Shown here: positions 20,259 to 30,074 of the stretch, piece after piece | How positions within the stretch are numbered: position 1 is the stretch's first letter | Layout: each line of letters opens with the position of its first letter | Position numbers and translations under genes: made by a program | Notes under the pieces: generated by a model | What the model was told of the DNA's origin: nothing | Database searches by the model: none | What the model saw: only the letters and a program-made list of their open reading frames with translations | From: a virus | IMG/VR virus record: IMGVR_UViG_3300025154_000052 | Span: 73,578-137,577 of that record | DNA: 64,000 nucleotides | Direction: 5' to 3' (one strand)

Positions 20259-21121
20259 TCCACATCGGACTCGACACCGCCTCGAAATCTCGCGTGGTCG
20301 GGGAACTCTGCCAGCGCGAGGATATCAACCGCGTGGTTATCATCTCGACGATTGGCAGAGAGTTTCCCTGCGCTCACAGTCGCTACGAAGTGGTGACTTA
20401 TGAACAAGTCATCCAATACGCTTACTTCTATAGGCTTCTGCAGGAGATAGACAAACGGACGCTGGTTGTAGTCAACGAGTGCCTGCGGACGCAGAACCGG
20501 CACGACCTGACCTATAATTGCATCCGCCACTTTTTGAACCAGGCCGGGCATGTACTGGTGTTCCAATACCTACCGCTGATCGACACCGCAGAGGACTTCA
20601 GTATCCTCTTCGACTTTGACACTCAGAGCCGGTGGAAGCGGTCGAAGTTCGCGGACCTGCCGCTCGAGGAAGCACGGCTGGAGGTGGCACCTCGACGGCT
20701 CGAGTTCAGCAACACCGACGTCCGCGTGTCGCCCTCGTTCCGTGCCCGCTACCTGGCCGAGAAGGAGCGGCTGTTCGCCAACCTGGGTGCCAGTGACCCC
20801 CACACGCTACCACGCAACCTGCACCTGTTTACCGGCCGGCCCAAGTTGGGTGCTATGGATCCTTCGAGGCAGTACGTCTGTCGTAACGGGCGTTTCAACG
20901 AGCCCAGCCTGACCACCTATGAAAACGCCCAGCCCGGGCGGGAATACGCCATCTTCGAGTGGTGCCATCGATACATCGACTTCACCGACTTCCTTTGGAC
21001 GACGGGCCAGGACCGATTTGATGTACTCAGCACGGACCTGCCGGTAGATCAGTGGTATCTGCAACGGTATACGGATTGGAGGGATAAGTTGGATGCCTGC
21101 TATTCAGCGATACAGCGATAA
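20243..21121 (+). CDS. hypothetical protein, possibly a degenerate SF2 helicase fold
   Basis: LVVVNECLR in place of DExx; no Walker A visible. Confidence 0.6.
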   Translation: MGEAVIHIGLDTASKSRVVGELCQREDINRVVIISTIGREFPCAHSRYEVVTYEQVIQYAYFYRLLQEIDKRTLVVVNECLRTQNRHDLTYNCIRHFLNQAGHVLVFQYLPLIDTAEDFSILFDFDTQSRWKRSKFADLPLEEARLEVAPRRLEFSNTDVRVSPSFRARYLAEKERLFANLGASDPHTLPRNLHLFTGRPKLGAMDPSRQYVCRNGRFNEPSLTTYENAQPGREYAIFEWCHRYIDFTDFLWTTGQDRFDVLSTDLPVDQWYLQRYTDWRDKLDACYSAIQR

Positions 21122-22220
21122 GACGGTTTTGGAAGCTGCCAGGGAGCGCATCGCCTTTCTCTTCGATCACTACGAGACAATCCACGTTTCTATCAGTGGA
21201 GGGAAGGACTCGACGGTGCTTGCTCATCTGGCGCTGCTCGAGGCATATCGACGCGGGCGCAAGGTGGGCCTGTTCCTACTCGACGAGGAGGCCATGTACC
21301 AGAGTTCTGTGGACCAGGTCGAATACCTGATGAGCCTGTTCCCGGAGAACTGTAATCGCCTATGGCTTCAGGTGCCGTTCTACCTGACCAATGCCACCAG
21401 TTTGACAGAGAGCCAGTTACAGGCATGGGAGCCAGGCAAACACAAGATCTGGATGCGTTCCAAAGGGGAGGGGAATATTAAGGCTCCTCCATGGGCTGGG
21501 CCTCCTAAATTCCGAACAGGTTATTCCTGGCTGGATTTCTACGGCGTGATCGACAACTTCGAAGCCTGCTATGAGAACACAGTTTTTCTGGTCGGCCTAC
21601 GAGCTGCTGGCGAGTCCCCCAACCGGTGGCGCGCCGTCACCAAGAACCCGGTCACGGTGGCAGGTCAGGATGTCTACTGGGGCACTCAGAAGGGGCGAAA
21701 TATCGCCTTCTACCCCATCTACGACTGGAACTTCAGCGACGTGTGGAAGTACATTGCGATCAACGGATTGCGTTACTCCCGCGTCTATGACTGGCAGTTC
21801 AAGAAGGGATTCGGCATTTCAGAGATGCGCGTTTCGAGCCTCATTCACGAGCGCTCCTTCAAAAGTCTTGTAGAACTCCCGGAGTTTGAGCCGAAGACCT
21901 ACGACCGGCTGTGCAAACGCATCAAGGGCATCCAGTTCGCTCAGGAGACCGGCAAGAACGCCAAGATGATGAAGTGTCGGAAGTTGCCGAAGAACTTCAC
22001 ATCCTGGCGCGTTTACCGGAACTTCCTGCTTGAAACCTACCCGGTAGCCGACCACAAGCCGACCTTCGAGCGGCGTTTTGCCCGACAACTAGATAACGAG
22101 TACGTGGCCAGGCAGCAGTGCCGACAACTGGTACTCAACGACTACGAAAACAACCTTCATGTGGACAACAAGCCAGACCCACGTGAAGAGTTGATCGAAT
22201 ACTATCGGAGGGTGCTGTGA
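21093..22220 (+). CDS. PAPS-reductase-family PP-loop protein (IbrA-like) 1
   Basis: HVSISGGKDSTVL, LVGLRAAGESPNR, YPIYDW, MRVSSLIHE. Confidence 0.88.
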   Translation: MPAIQRYSDKTVLEAARERIAFLFDHYETIHVSISGGKDSTVLAHLALLEAYRRGRKVGLFLLDEEAMYQSSVDQVEYLMSLFPENCNRLWLQVPFYLTNATSLTESQLQAWEPGKHKIWMRSKGEGNIKAPPWAGPPKFRTGYSWLDFYGVIDNFEACYENTVFLVGLRAAGESPNRWRAVTKNPVTVAGQDVYWGTQKGRNIAFYPIYDWNFSDVWKYIAINGLRYSRVYDWQFKKGFGISEMRVSSLIHERSFKSLVELPEFEPKTYDRLCKRIKGIQFAQETGKNAKMMKCRKLPKNFTSWRVYRNFLLETYPVADHKPTFERRFARQLDNEYVARQQCRQLVLNDYENNLHVDNKPDPREELIEYYRRVL

Positions 22221-22723
22221 AGATTCTCTTCCCGTGTCTCAATACCTTCATGGTGCCACGTGTCCGCGTCGTGGCTAACAACTGGAATCCCAACCACGTG
22301 AGTTCGGACAAGATGCGGCTACTCATGCAGTCCATCATCGATAATGGTTGGTGTTTCCCTATTGTGACGGTTCATGATTCGGACGAAGACGTTTATCGTG
22401 TGGTCGATGGCTTCCACCGTTGGACGATTGCCGGCCCCGAATGGCTAGACTTGCCGGAGGTTCCGATCGTAGTCATCGCTGTGTCTGTTGCCCAGCGGAT
22501 GGCCGCGACAGTCCAATTCAACAAGGCACGTGGGGTCCACCAGGTAGATCTTGACGCCGACCTGATCCGGGCGCTCATCGAACAGGGCATGAGCGAGGAA
22601 GAGATCTCTTTGCATCTCAGTATCGAGATGGAAACCATCCACCGCTACAAGTCACTGACCGGAATAGCGGCTCTCTTTGCCAATGCCACATGGTCCACGG
22701 CATGGACCATGGAGGAGACGTGA
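22217..22723 (+). CDS. ParB/Srx-domain protein (IbrB-like) 1
   Basis: VVANNWNPN...PIVT...VVDGFHR...NKARGVH. Confidence 0.88.
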   Translation: MKILFPCLNTFMVPRVRVVANNWNPNHVSSDKMRLLMQSIIDNGWCFPIVTVHDSDEDVYRVVDGFHRWTIAGPEWLDLPEVPIVVIAVSVAQRMAATVQFNKARGVHQVDLDADLIRALIEQGMSEEEISLHLSIEMETIHRYKSLTGIAALFANATWSTAWTMEET

Positions 22724-23799
22724 TCCCGAATGGGTGCAAACTCTACCTACCCAAGAACGTTCTCGAGGCCGCTATTGAGCGTATAGCCTGGATATTCGAC
22801 CATTACGAGAACGTCTGTGTCTCCGTCTCGGGAGGAAAGGATAGTTCCGTGCTGGTCGAACTGGCACGGCGTGAGGCCGAGAGACGTGGACGGGTGATTC
22901 ACGTTTTCTTTCTCGACCAGGAAGTTGAGTACCGTTCCACGGTTGAAGTCATGCGGTACATCATGACTCGCCCGGCTGTAAAGGCACACTGGGTACAGGT
23001 CCCCATCCGAATGACGAACGCCACATCCTATGAGGACGAGTTCTTGTATGCCTGGGGACCGGGTGAGGAATGGGTCAGGCCGAAGGAGCCCGACTCCATC
23101 CATGAACTCCCGGATGCACCAGATCGATTCTACTCGTTCTTCGACTGGTGGGAAGCCCAGTGGCCTGAGAACACAGCGTGTCTTGTCGGTCTTCGGGCCG
23201 AAGAGAGTCTAAATCGGTTTGGCGCTGTGACCCGTCATCCTGCCATTCCAGGCATCAACTGGTCGTCTCCTGGCGGCGGGAAGAGCATTAAGTTCTACCC
23301 TCTCTACGACTGGACGTTCGAGGACATCTGGACGTTCATCGGCAACGAGGGACCGGTCTACAACCGCGTCTATGACTGGATGTGGGCCAAGGGGCGAAAC
23401 ATCGGAGATCTTCGGGTCTCCAACCTCATTCATGAGCGTGCGTTCAAGAGCCTGGCTGACCTTCAGGAGTTCGAGCCCGATACATACGATGCGCTCATTC
23501 GCAGGCTAAAGGGTGTGCACACAGCTGCTCTGTACAGTCGAGAGCAGATGGTGTTCAGCACGAAGAAACGGCCAGCGCAGTTCTCATCCTGGCGAGCGTA
23601 CCGAGACTTTTTACTCGAGACGCTTCCGAACGAGAGACGACAACAATTTCTCGAGCGGTTCGGAAATCAACTCCAGAGCGAATCCGTGTTCCGGCAGCAG
23701 GTCCGCCAGCTCCTGCTGAACGATTGGGAGAACAACATCCCGGTGGTCCAGCAGCCGGATCGGCCGAACCCATTACTGAAGTGGATGGACATCCTATGA
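22720..23799 (+). CDS. PAPS-reductase-family PP-loop protein (IbrA-like) 2
   Basis: CVSVSGGKDSSVL, LVGLRAEESLNR, YPLYDW, LRVSNLIHE; GGAGG RBS with GTG start. Confidence 0.88.
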   Translation: MIPNGCKLYLPKNVLEAAIERIAWIFDHYENVCVSVSGGKDSSVLVELARREAERRGRVIHVFFLDQEVEYRSTVEVMRYIMTRPAVKAHWVQVPIRMTNATSYEDEFLYAWGPGEEWVRPKEPDSIHELPDAPDRFYSFFDWWEAQWPENTACLVGLRAEESLNRFGAVTRHPAIPGINWSSPGGGKSIKFYPLYDWTFEDIWTFIGNEGPVYNRVYDWMWAKGRNIGDLRVSNLIHERAFKSLADLQEFEPDTYDALIRRLKGVHTAALYSREQMVFSTKKRPAQFSSWRAYRDFLLETLPNERRQQFLERFGNQLQSESVFRQQVRQLLLNDWENNIPVVQQPDRPNPLLKWMDIL

Positions 23800-24356
23800 G
23801 CCAGATCACATTCCCTTGTTGCCATGTGCAGATGGTTACTGCTGTTAAGGTGGTATCCAACGACTACAACCCTAACAACGTGGCAACGCCAGAGATGGAC
23901 CTGCTTGCCCTCTCCATCGAAGAGGATGGAGTTACTCAGCCCATCGTTGTTGTTTATGATCCGGTCCTGGATCTGTATGTGGTGGTGGATGGCTTCCACC
24001 GGTACACCATCCTGACAAAGAGGTTCAAGTGTCCAGAGATCCCGGTGGTGGTGATCGACAAGTCCATCAATGACCGCATGGCCTCCACCATTCGGCATAA
24101 TCGAGCTCGTGGCAAGCACAAGGTAGACATGATGTCTGTCCTTGTCGAGAAGCTTCTCAAACTCGGCTGGAGCGACACCGACATCGCGAAGCAGTTGGGG
24201 ATGGAGGCAGAGGAGGTGCTTCGGCTCAAGCAGATGACCGGGTTGGCGGGCCTGTTCAAGGGCCAGGGTTACAGCCGATCATGGACACGCCCGGAAGGGG
24301 CGCCGCTATTCCAGGACGAGCCCACCAATGATGACGACCGGGAAGACTCCGAGTAG
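23796..24356 (+). CDS. ParB/Srx-domain protein (IbrB-like) 2
   Basis: VVSNDYNPNNVA...TQPIVV...VVDGFHR...RHNRARGKH. Confidence 0.9.
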   Translation: MSQITFPCCHVQMVTAVKVVSNDYNPNNVATPEMDLLALSIEEDGVTQPIVVVYDPVLDLYVVVDGFHRYTILTKRFKCPEIPVVVIDKSINDRMASTIRHNRARGKHKVDMMSVLVEKLLKLGWSDTDIAKQLGMEAEEVLRLKQMTGLAGLFKGQGYSRSWTRPEGAPLFQDEPTNDDDREDSE

Positions 24357-24366
24357 TCCAGCGATA

Positions 24367-24409
24367 CATTAAAATACCTGTTGATTAGTACGTCGATCAC
24401 CTATATACT
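24367..24409 (+). promoter_or_regulatory. promoter with CATTAAAATA box
   Basis: CATTAAAATA-N4-TTGATT-N17-TATACT. Confidence 0.75.
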
Positions 24410-24414
24410 GAGTC

Positions 24415-25074
24415 ATGGCTACTGTGGAGGCTGTGACGAGTATGCATGTCCTGACTACCCCCAATTACCCACCCGGCTATGTCGCGATAGACAACCCTGG
24501 CGACATAGCCGTCCTTGACCTCGAACATTGCTCCATCAAAGACCCCGTCACCCTTGTCATTATGAAGGACTGGAGACCGCGCGCCCAGTACTGCACTCAA
24601 TTAGAGTACGGCTGGACGGCTCGACTATCACAGCCTCGAGGGCCGGGTAACGAGAGGACCCCTACCTATTTTGAGATTTATGCCGAGCGTGACGACTTCG
24701 ACCGTACACAGGCATGCTGGACGCTCACAGGTTTGACCATCCAACAGGCTATCCATGAGATTCAGGAGATGGCGCCCATCGTTAAAGACTGGTTCGATCA
24801 ACGGGAAGGCGTGAACGCTGCACAGTCGCTCGAGGACCTGTTGACGCTCATCAAGGAGAACCATCCATCTACACGCCTTCCCAGTGGTGGTCGCAGGGTG
24901 CGCTGGCCCAAGTTCGGAGGACCAGTCATTCCACATCCGTGGGTAATCTCATGGGATGAAGAGCGCGCACTGGTGTGTAATTTCGATTACGCCGACATCG
25001 TGACCAGGGGCGATGTCGAAGACATGTGGCAGGAGTGGAAACGTGGTGAACCGTCACGATGCCCCAAAGACTGA
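24415..25074 (+). CDS. hypothetical protein
   Basis: 219 aa directly after a promoter. Confidence 0.7.
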   Translation: MATVEAVTSMHVLTTPNYPPGYVAIDNPGDIAVLDLEHCSIKDPVTLVIMKDWRPRAQYCTQLEYGWTARLSQPRGPGNERTPTYFEIYAERDDFDRTQACWTLTGLTIQQAIHEIQEMAPIVKDWFDQREGVNAAQSLEDLLTLIKENHPSTRLPSGGRRVRWPKFGGPVIPHPWVISWDEERALVCNFDYADIVTRGDVEDMWQEWKRGEPSRCPKD

Positions 25075-25321
25075 GGCTGAGCTACTTCAGAAGCGTGAAC
25101 GGGTAGCCCGACAAGTCAGGGCTGTCTTTCGCGGTGAACCTGTCCGGTGTGGGTGTGGCTGGGTCCCTCCTACTCTATCCATCTATCGGTGCTACTACTG
25201 CGCCGAGTGGTACTGCGAGCGGTGCGCCCCCGATCACTTCGGGGGCAAGCGTGAAGCGATTGCGAGCGTCACTCAAAGTGGAGGACATCATGAGACTCGG
25301 AACGAAGCATGTGGAGATTGA
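25013..25321 (+). CDS. small Zn-finger protein
   Basis: CGC...CYYCAEWYCERCAPDH; start uncertain. Confidence 0.5.
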   Translation: MSKTCGRSGNVVNRHDAPKTEAELLQKRERVARQVRAVFRGEPVRCGCGWVPPTLSIYRCYYCAEWYCERCAPDHFGGKREAIASVTQSGGHHETRNEACGD

Positions 25322-25519
25322 GCCAGGTGTCTCGCCGCGTCAGCGTGGTGCAAGTTGGCCCGTGATGGACGGCAGCAACCTCATTGGCACGGTCAGGCGT
25401 GAACGTCATCGCCAGCAGGGATATCAAGCGGTCGTCACAGTCTGTGGGCAAGAAATTCATGTGAGCGGTCACCGTCGTAAGGATGTCTTGTCTCGTCTTC
25501 GTCGCCGTGTGGCGAGTCT

Positions 25520-26101
25520 TTGAGTGAGGAGTATTGGCATGAAGGTGTTAGCCAAGAAGGAGTGGGCTTCTCATCTACGAGTGGTCCGCCTGTCGATGGA
25601 GTGGAAGTTGGAGGACTTTTGGGTCGGTGCATCCTGGCGACGTCAGCCAGGGCATCTTCAAGTCTGGGCCTGTTTGGTTCCGTGCCTCCCGATTCATCTC
25701 AGTTGGACGCGGCTGTAATCGAAGACCCCAGGATCATGAGGCATGCAGTGAAGACCGTTCTTGACCAGTGGCTCGAGCGTGTGAAGCGCAATGCAGAACC
25801 GTTCATCTCGGCAGAAGAGCAGGGACAGATCCTGCGGTGTATTGATGACCTTGACGACGCCTGTACGCCTCGACCGCCACAACCGGAGTGGTTCGGTACG
25901 GGTCCGGGGCAGTGGGATTCGTGGACAATACTTGGACTAGGCCAGCCTGGCAAGTGGCGACCCATTCAAAGGTCGAAGCACTGGCAATACTACGTCGAGT
26001 TGATGTTGGTGACGGGCGGGTGCCTCGTTGTCCCTGTTCGTCGTCCGCCCGATCCGCCTGCGATGGATGTTGGGTGGGGAGTTATAGATGGGAGTAAATA
26101 G
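25520..26101 (+). CDS. hypothetical protein
   Basis: Start uncertain (possibly ~25737). Confidence 0.5.
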   Translation: MSEEYWHEGVSQEGVGFSSTSGPPVDGVEVGGLLGRCILATSARASSSLGLFGSVPPDSSQLDAAVIEDPRIMRHAVKTVLDQWLERVKRNAEPFISAEEQGQILRCIDDLDDACTPRPPQPEWFGTGPGQWDSWTILGLGQPGKWRPIQRSKHWQYYVELMLVTGGCLVVPVRRPPDPPAMDVGWGVIDGSK

Positions 26102-26103
26102 AA

Positions 26104-26733
26104 ATGATGTATCTCGATGATTTCACTGACGGTATTGATGTGCTGGCAAAGGCGTGTGAGCGTGCAGGCATTTCAGACCCCGGATATGGTCCGGATGGAG
26201 TGGAGTGTGACCCTGACTTGACGCCAGAAGAGATGACACTTTTACGGCGATGCGGATGGATCAGAATCCAACTCAATGGGCGAGTGCTTTGGACAACCCA
26301 TATGCAGATCGACCATGAGAAAACCACGCTGGCCGGCATTCCCAACAGCGAGTTGGGCACAAAGGTTTTATCCTGGTATCGCAGTGGTGATCACGGCATC
26401 TCCTCTGAGTATCTGGCTGCCACTGCACTGGACGATACGGCGTGGGTTGCGAGACTTCGCCTGAGTGCGCCATGGCCTCACGATGCCAGCGACTTCGGGC
26501 GATGTTATCGACTGGTGGAGCAGATTCCAAAAGTAAAGGAACTCGCTTTTGCCAGACTGGCCGATCATCCGGTGTGGGGCAAGCTCGTCGCCGCGTGGGA
26601 CGATCTTTCTGCACAATACCTGAAGGCGTTGCAGGAGAGTAAGGACCAGGAAAGCCTTCTAAAAGGGCAGCGGCGCTATCCGATCTCCACACGCCTTCAC
26701 AACCGTATCAAGAGGTGTGGTCATCATCAATAG
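26104..26733 (+). CDS. conserved phage hypothetical protein
   Basis: W..SGDHGISS...PHDASDFGRCYRL motif. Confidence 0.7.
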   Translation: MMYLDDFTDGIDVLAKACERAGISDPGYGPDGVECDPDLTPEEMTLLRRCGWIRIQLNGRVLWTTHMQIDHEKTTLAGIPNSELGTKVLSWYRSGDHGISSEYLAATALDDTAWVARLRLSAPWPHDASDFGRCYRLVEQIPKVKELAFARLADHPVWGKLVAAWDDLSAQYLKALQESKDQESLLKGQRRYPISTRLHNRIKRCGHHQ

Positions 26734-27155
26734 GTCTATGCACGCCACATGAAGGGAGGCAACAATTGAAGGGTGACAGGCTGTTCAAATGGTTCGGTAA
26801 CTACATCGTTGCGCCGTCGATTGACGCGGCGTGGCAGGGCCTTCAGGAACAATTCGTCGATGAACCTGATGTGAAAGGCGGGTTCCATTCGATGGAGGAA
26901 GTCGCTGAACACTACTACACTGATCGTCAGGATCTCTGGCCATTGTATCAGAGTGTCAACGCTCGAGAGTATCTGGCTGCCGTCGATCCGTGCGAGTATG
27001 TGGAACTGGTGGAATATGAACTTCCGTCGTCGCATGTGCGCGTGTCGGGCACCGTTACTGAAGGATTGGAACCTCCAGTGTTTCTGGCCCGCGCCGAGGC
27101 TCGTGTGTGGGCTGAACTGCTTCCCACCGGGTTCATCTACAAGGCTGACTATTGA
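26715..27155 (+). CDS. hypothetical protein
   Basis: GGAGG RBS near 26755; start probably TTG at ~26766. Confidence 0.6.
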   Translation: MWSSSIGLCTPHEGRQQLKGDRLFKWFGNYIVAPSIDAAWQGLQEQFVDEPDVKGGFHSMEEVAEHYYTDRQDLWPLYQSVNAREYLAAVDPCEYVELVEYELPSSHVRVSGTVTEGLEPPVFLARAEARVWAELLPTGFIYKADY

Positions 27156-27296
27156 TGGATATGCAAGCGATTGTGGACGAGTTGCAGCGGGTGCTGGCGC
27201 TACTTGTGTCGATAGAGATGATCGCAGGTGACGGCAGGATGTCACCCGACTGGCGGCTGATCAGGATAGCGGACTTGGCGCGGAAGGTGGTGAGGG

Positions 27297-28244
27297 ATGA
27301 GGTTTTACCTGGGGACTCATCAGACGGGATGGCTGTTCGACCAACGACTGATTGGTGTTCCCTTGTTCGTCAGCCGGAGAACACTGAATCCGTTGCGACT
27401 TTCTAAATTAAAAGGCCCACAAGCACCTGACTCCCGAGTCATCCGTATTGATATGCGCCTCGACGCATCGGGGCGATGGGTTCCCGTTGCAGTAGATGGG
27501 GACGGGTGCGTCTTGCCGGTCAAAAGTCGCAAGCCGTGGCGGCGTGCTGTCACTCGCTGGGCGCTGGACTCTGGTGGATTTCAGGAACTTGATCTGCACG
27601 GTAAATGGACGGTACCCGCTCGACAGTACGTGGAAGAAGTCCGGATCTGTGCAGAGGAGATTGGCGGTCTTGACTGGGCTGCTATTCAGGACTGGATGTG
27701 TGAGCCTCGAATCAGAGAGAAGACAGGTCTGTCCACGGAAGAACACCAGAAGCGGACGATTGCATCGTACCTTGAACTTTCCTCCATGGCACCAGATCTG
27801 CCGTGGGCACCGGTCATCCAAGGGTGGTCCCTCTGGTCGTATTTCCGACATCTTGAGATGTACGACAAGGCTGGAATCGATCTGAGGAAGTTCAAAGTGG
27901 TGGGTGTGGGAAGTGTTTGCCGGCGCCAGGGAACGTATGAAGCAGCCGGGATTATGGAGTCCCTTGCTCGAGAAGGCATACGTCTTCACGGCTTCGGCTT
28001 CAAGCAACTGGGCTTGAAGATGGCAGCGGCTTCTATGACTAGTGCCGACAGTCTGGCGTGGTCGTTCGAAGCTCGACGGGCAGCTATCGCCAACGGACAG
28101 GCGTTTACTCATCGGCTGTGCCATGACCCAATAGCCACTCATCAGAACTGCGCGAATTGTCTTGAGTGGGCGCTGATGTGGCGGCGGTATGTGCTGGATT
28201 CAATTGAGCATGGTGAGAGCCAGGTTCAGATGGGGCTGTTCTAA
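27297..28244 (+). CDS. TGT/DpdA-like transglycosylase (queuine tRNA-ribosyltransferase-like)
   Basis: ALDSGGF, AIQDWMCEP, PVIQGW, VGVGSVCRR, LHGFGFK, SADSLAWS. Confidence 0.75.
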   Translation: MRFYLGTHQTGWLFDQRLIGVPLFVSRRTLNPLRLSKLKGPQAPDSRVIRIDMRLDASGRWVPVAVDGDGCVLPVKSRKPWRRAVTRWALDSGGFQELDLHGKWTVPARQYVEEVRICAEEIGGLDWAAIQDWMCEPRIREKTGLSTEEHQKRTIASYLELSSMAPDLPWAPVIQGWSLWSYFRHLEMYDKAGIDLRKFKVVGVGSVCRRQGTYEAAGIMESLAREGIRLHGFGFKQLGLKMAAASMTSADSLAWSFEARRAAIANGQAFTHRLCHDPIATHQNCANCLEWALMWRRYVLDSIEHGESQVQMGLF

Positions 28245-29314
28245 TGGGAGATGTGGCAAGGCTTATTGTGGAGTCAGACGGAGTCTACTACTACGGATCG
28301 CGGAAGGTGGCTTTTATCGAGCGCAGACGGGGTGATATGCGGGTCTGTCGGATAGATGGCTCTCCTGTCAGCACTTCGGTTGACTCGCCTGCTGCTGCCC
28401 TCTCTATCGTCCGCGAATGGGTTGAAGAAGTGCAGTCTCATGAGGACGCCAGGGCGGTCAGAAACCCGGTGTTCGCTGAGCCCGATCCTCTGGACAAAAT
28501 TCCCCAGGAAGAACGAGAGCAGCCTGATACAACTGTAGCCGAAAAACTTCGGGCTGGTGTAGCAAAAAAGCGCGCCGAGCTCGACAAGAAGGTGAAGATT
28601 CTTGATGTGGAGGAGTGCAAAGCCGAGTGTGAACCCACGCGGCTGGCATTCAAGCGTGAACGTGATGAGCAGAAGCAGAAAAGGAGAGTAGTGATGGCAG
28701 GAAATCCCAAAGTGACACAGGCGATGAAGGAACACGGTATCGCGACATGGCGAGGACTCTCGGAGTGTCTCGATATCCCGATCAAAACACTGTCCGGGAT
28801 GAACACAAGCCGGAGCCTTCGTACCGCACGTCGGAAGGTGGCCGAATTCCTCGGTGAGCAGCCCCAGTACCTCTGGCCCCACATGTACACGCCCGATGGT
28901 CAAGATCTGCCGACGTCGACCGGCGTAATCAACGCTGTGGCTGAACTCGAGCCCGACATGTCGATAATTCAGTCCGAACCAGAGTATGTGGAGTTGACGC
29001 CGGTCCAAGACTCCCCGGTGGTCGCCGTCCCCAATAAGCCGGTCAACGTGCATGATCTGAATGTACCCGTTCTGAGAGAATTATCCGTTCTGACGGAGCA
29101 GTTCGTCACTCGAGCACTCCATCGTGCCGAACTGCTGCACGAGGTTCATATCCTGACGGCGGGTGTTCAACTCGGGCGGCTGGGCTGGTGTCTGGAAATG
29201 AACGTGCCCGTCGAGCCGGACCCGGCGCTGTGGCTGCTCAAGAATCACATGCCGGAAACCATTGCCATTTTGAAGCGATGGCACCCGGACAACGAGATCT
29301 TGGCCCGCTGGTAG
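28244..29314 (+). CDS. hypothetical protein with internal Ner-like HTH
   Basis: WRGLSECLDIPIKTLS...RKVAEFLGEQPQYLWP. Confidence 0.65.
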   Translation: MGDVARLIVESDGVYYYGSRKVAFIERRRGDMRVCRIDGSPVSTSVDSPAAALSIVREWVEEVQSHEDARAVRNPVFAEPDPLDKIPQEEREQPDTTVAEKLRAGVAKKRAELDKKVKILDVEECKAECEPTRLAFKRERDEQKQKRRVVMAGNPKVTQAMKEHGIATWRGLSECLDIPIKTLSGMNTSRSLRTARRKVAEFLGEQPQYLWPHMYTPDGQDLPTSTGVINAVAELEPDMSIIQSEPEYVELTPVQDSPVVAVPNKPVNVHDLNVPVLRELSVLTEQFVTRALHRAELLHEVHILTAGVQLGRLGWCLEMNVPVEPDPALWLLKNHMPETIAILKRWHPDNEILARW

Positions 29315-29316
29315 AC

Positions 29317-29799
29317 CTACGACCGCCACCCCGCTTGCATACCTACCCGCTCCAGCCACTTTCCGCCCACCCATAGATGGACGTCCAGCGAAAAGATGCG
29401 GTCGATTGCGGCCTGGAAGCGCTGTAGTAGCGTGGGATCGGCTAGGAAGTCACGTATACCAGGCTCAGGGACCAAAAGGTGAAGATCGGTCAGGATGGCC
29501 TGCACGGAGTCGTTAACGGCTTCTACCGTAGCATCCTCGGTCGCGAAGCCCTGCTTACAGGTGTGCAACACGTCCGCCTCGACAGTGGTCCACCAGCGAT
29601 GCTCAAACGAGTAATGCCGGTGAGTCGTCGTCAGTTTCAGGTGTACGGTCGGACGTGACGACCAGCACCGGGGACATCTGGGCGAGTCCTCGAACGAACG
29701 ACGGGCGCTATTGCTGGTGAACTCGACATGATGACCACATTCGAAGGTGTGGCTGGTGGCAGTAGGGGAAGGGACCTCGAGCGAACCTGGCTTGAACAT
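29317..29799 (-). CDS. hypothetical protein with Zn ribbon
   Basis: CGH...CPRC. Confidence 0.6.
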   Translation of the reverse strand: MFKPGSLEVPSPTATSHTFECGHHVEFTSNSARRSFEDSPRCPRCWSSRPTVHLKLTTTHRHYSFEHRWWTTVEADVLHTCKQGFATEDATVEAVNDSVQAILTDLHLLVPEPGIRDFLADPTLLQRFQAAIDRIFSLDVHLWVGGKWLERVGMQAGWRS

Positions 29800-29840
29800 G
29801 ATACCTCCGTTTACCCACCGTCAGGTGGGTGTCTAGTGTG

Positions 29841-30074
29841 TTACCAGCGTGCAATCATGCGCCGTCCATCCGTCGCCATCGTCTCGTCATGGACGCGATA
29901 TCCCAGAGCGGATTCGGCGCGTTCCCGGATCTCCCGAACCGCATACTTTGCATGGGGTGACCACGCCATCGTCCGGGATTGGTAAACCAGCGCTTCCAGG
30001 TGACGCTTGTCGCCTGTGGCGATTGCTGCGTCCACATGGGATCTCAAGTCAGCCACGTTCTTAATCATTGGCAT
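29841..30074 (-). CDS. hypothetical protein
   Basis: GGAGG RBS, 77 aa. Confidence 0.65.
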   Translation of the reverse strand: MPMIKNVADLRSHVDAAIATGDKRHLEALVYQSRTMAWSPHAKYAVREIRERAESALGYRVHDETMATDGRRMIARW

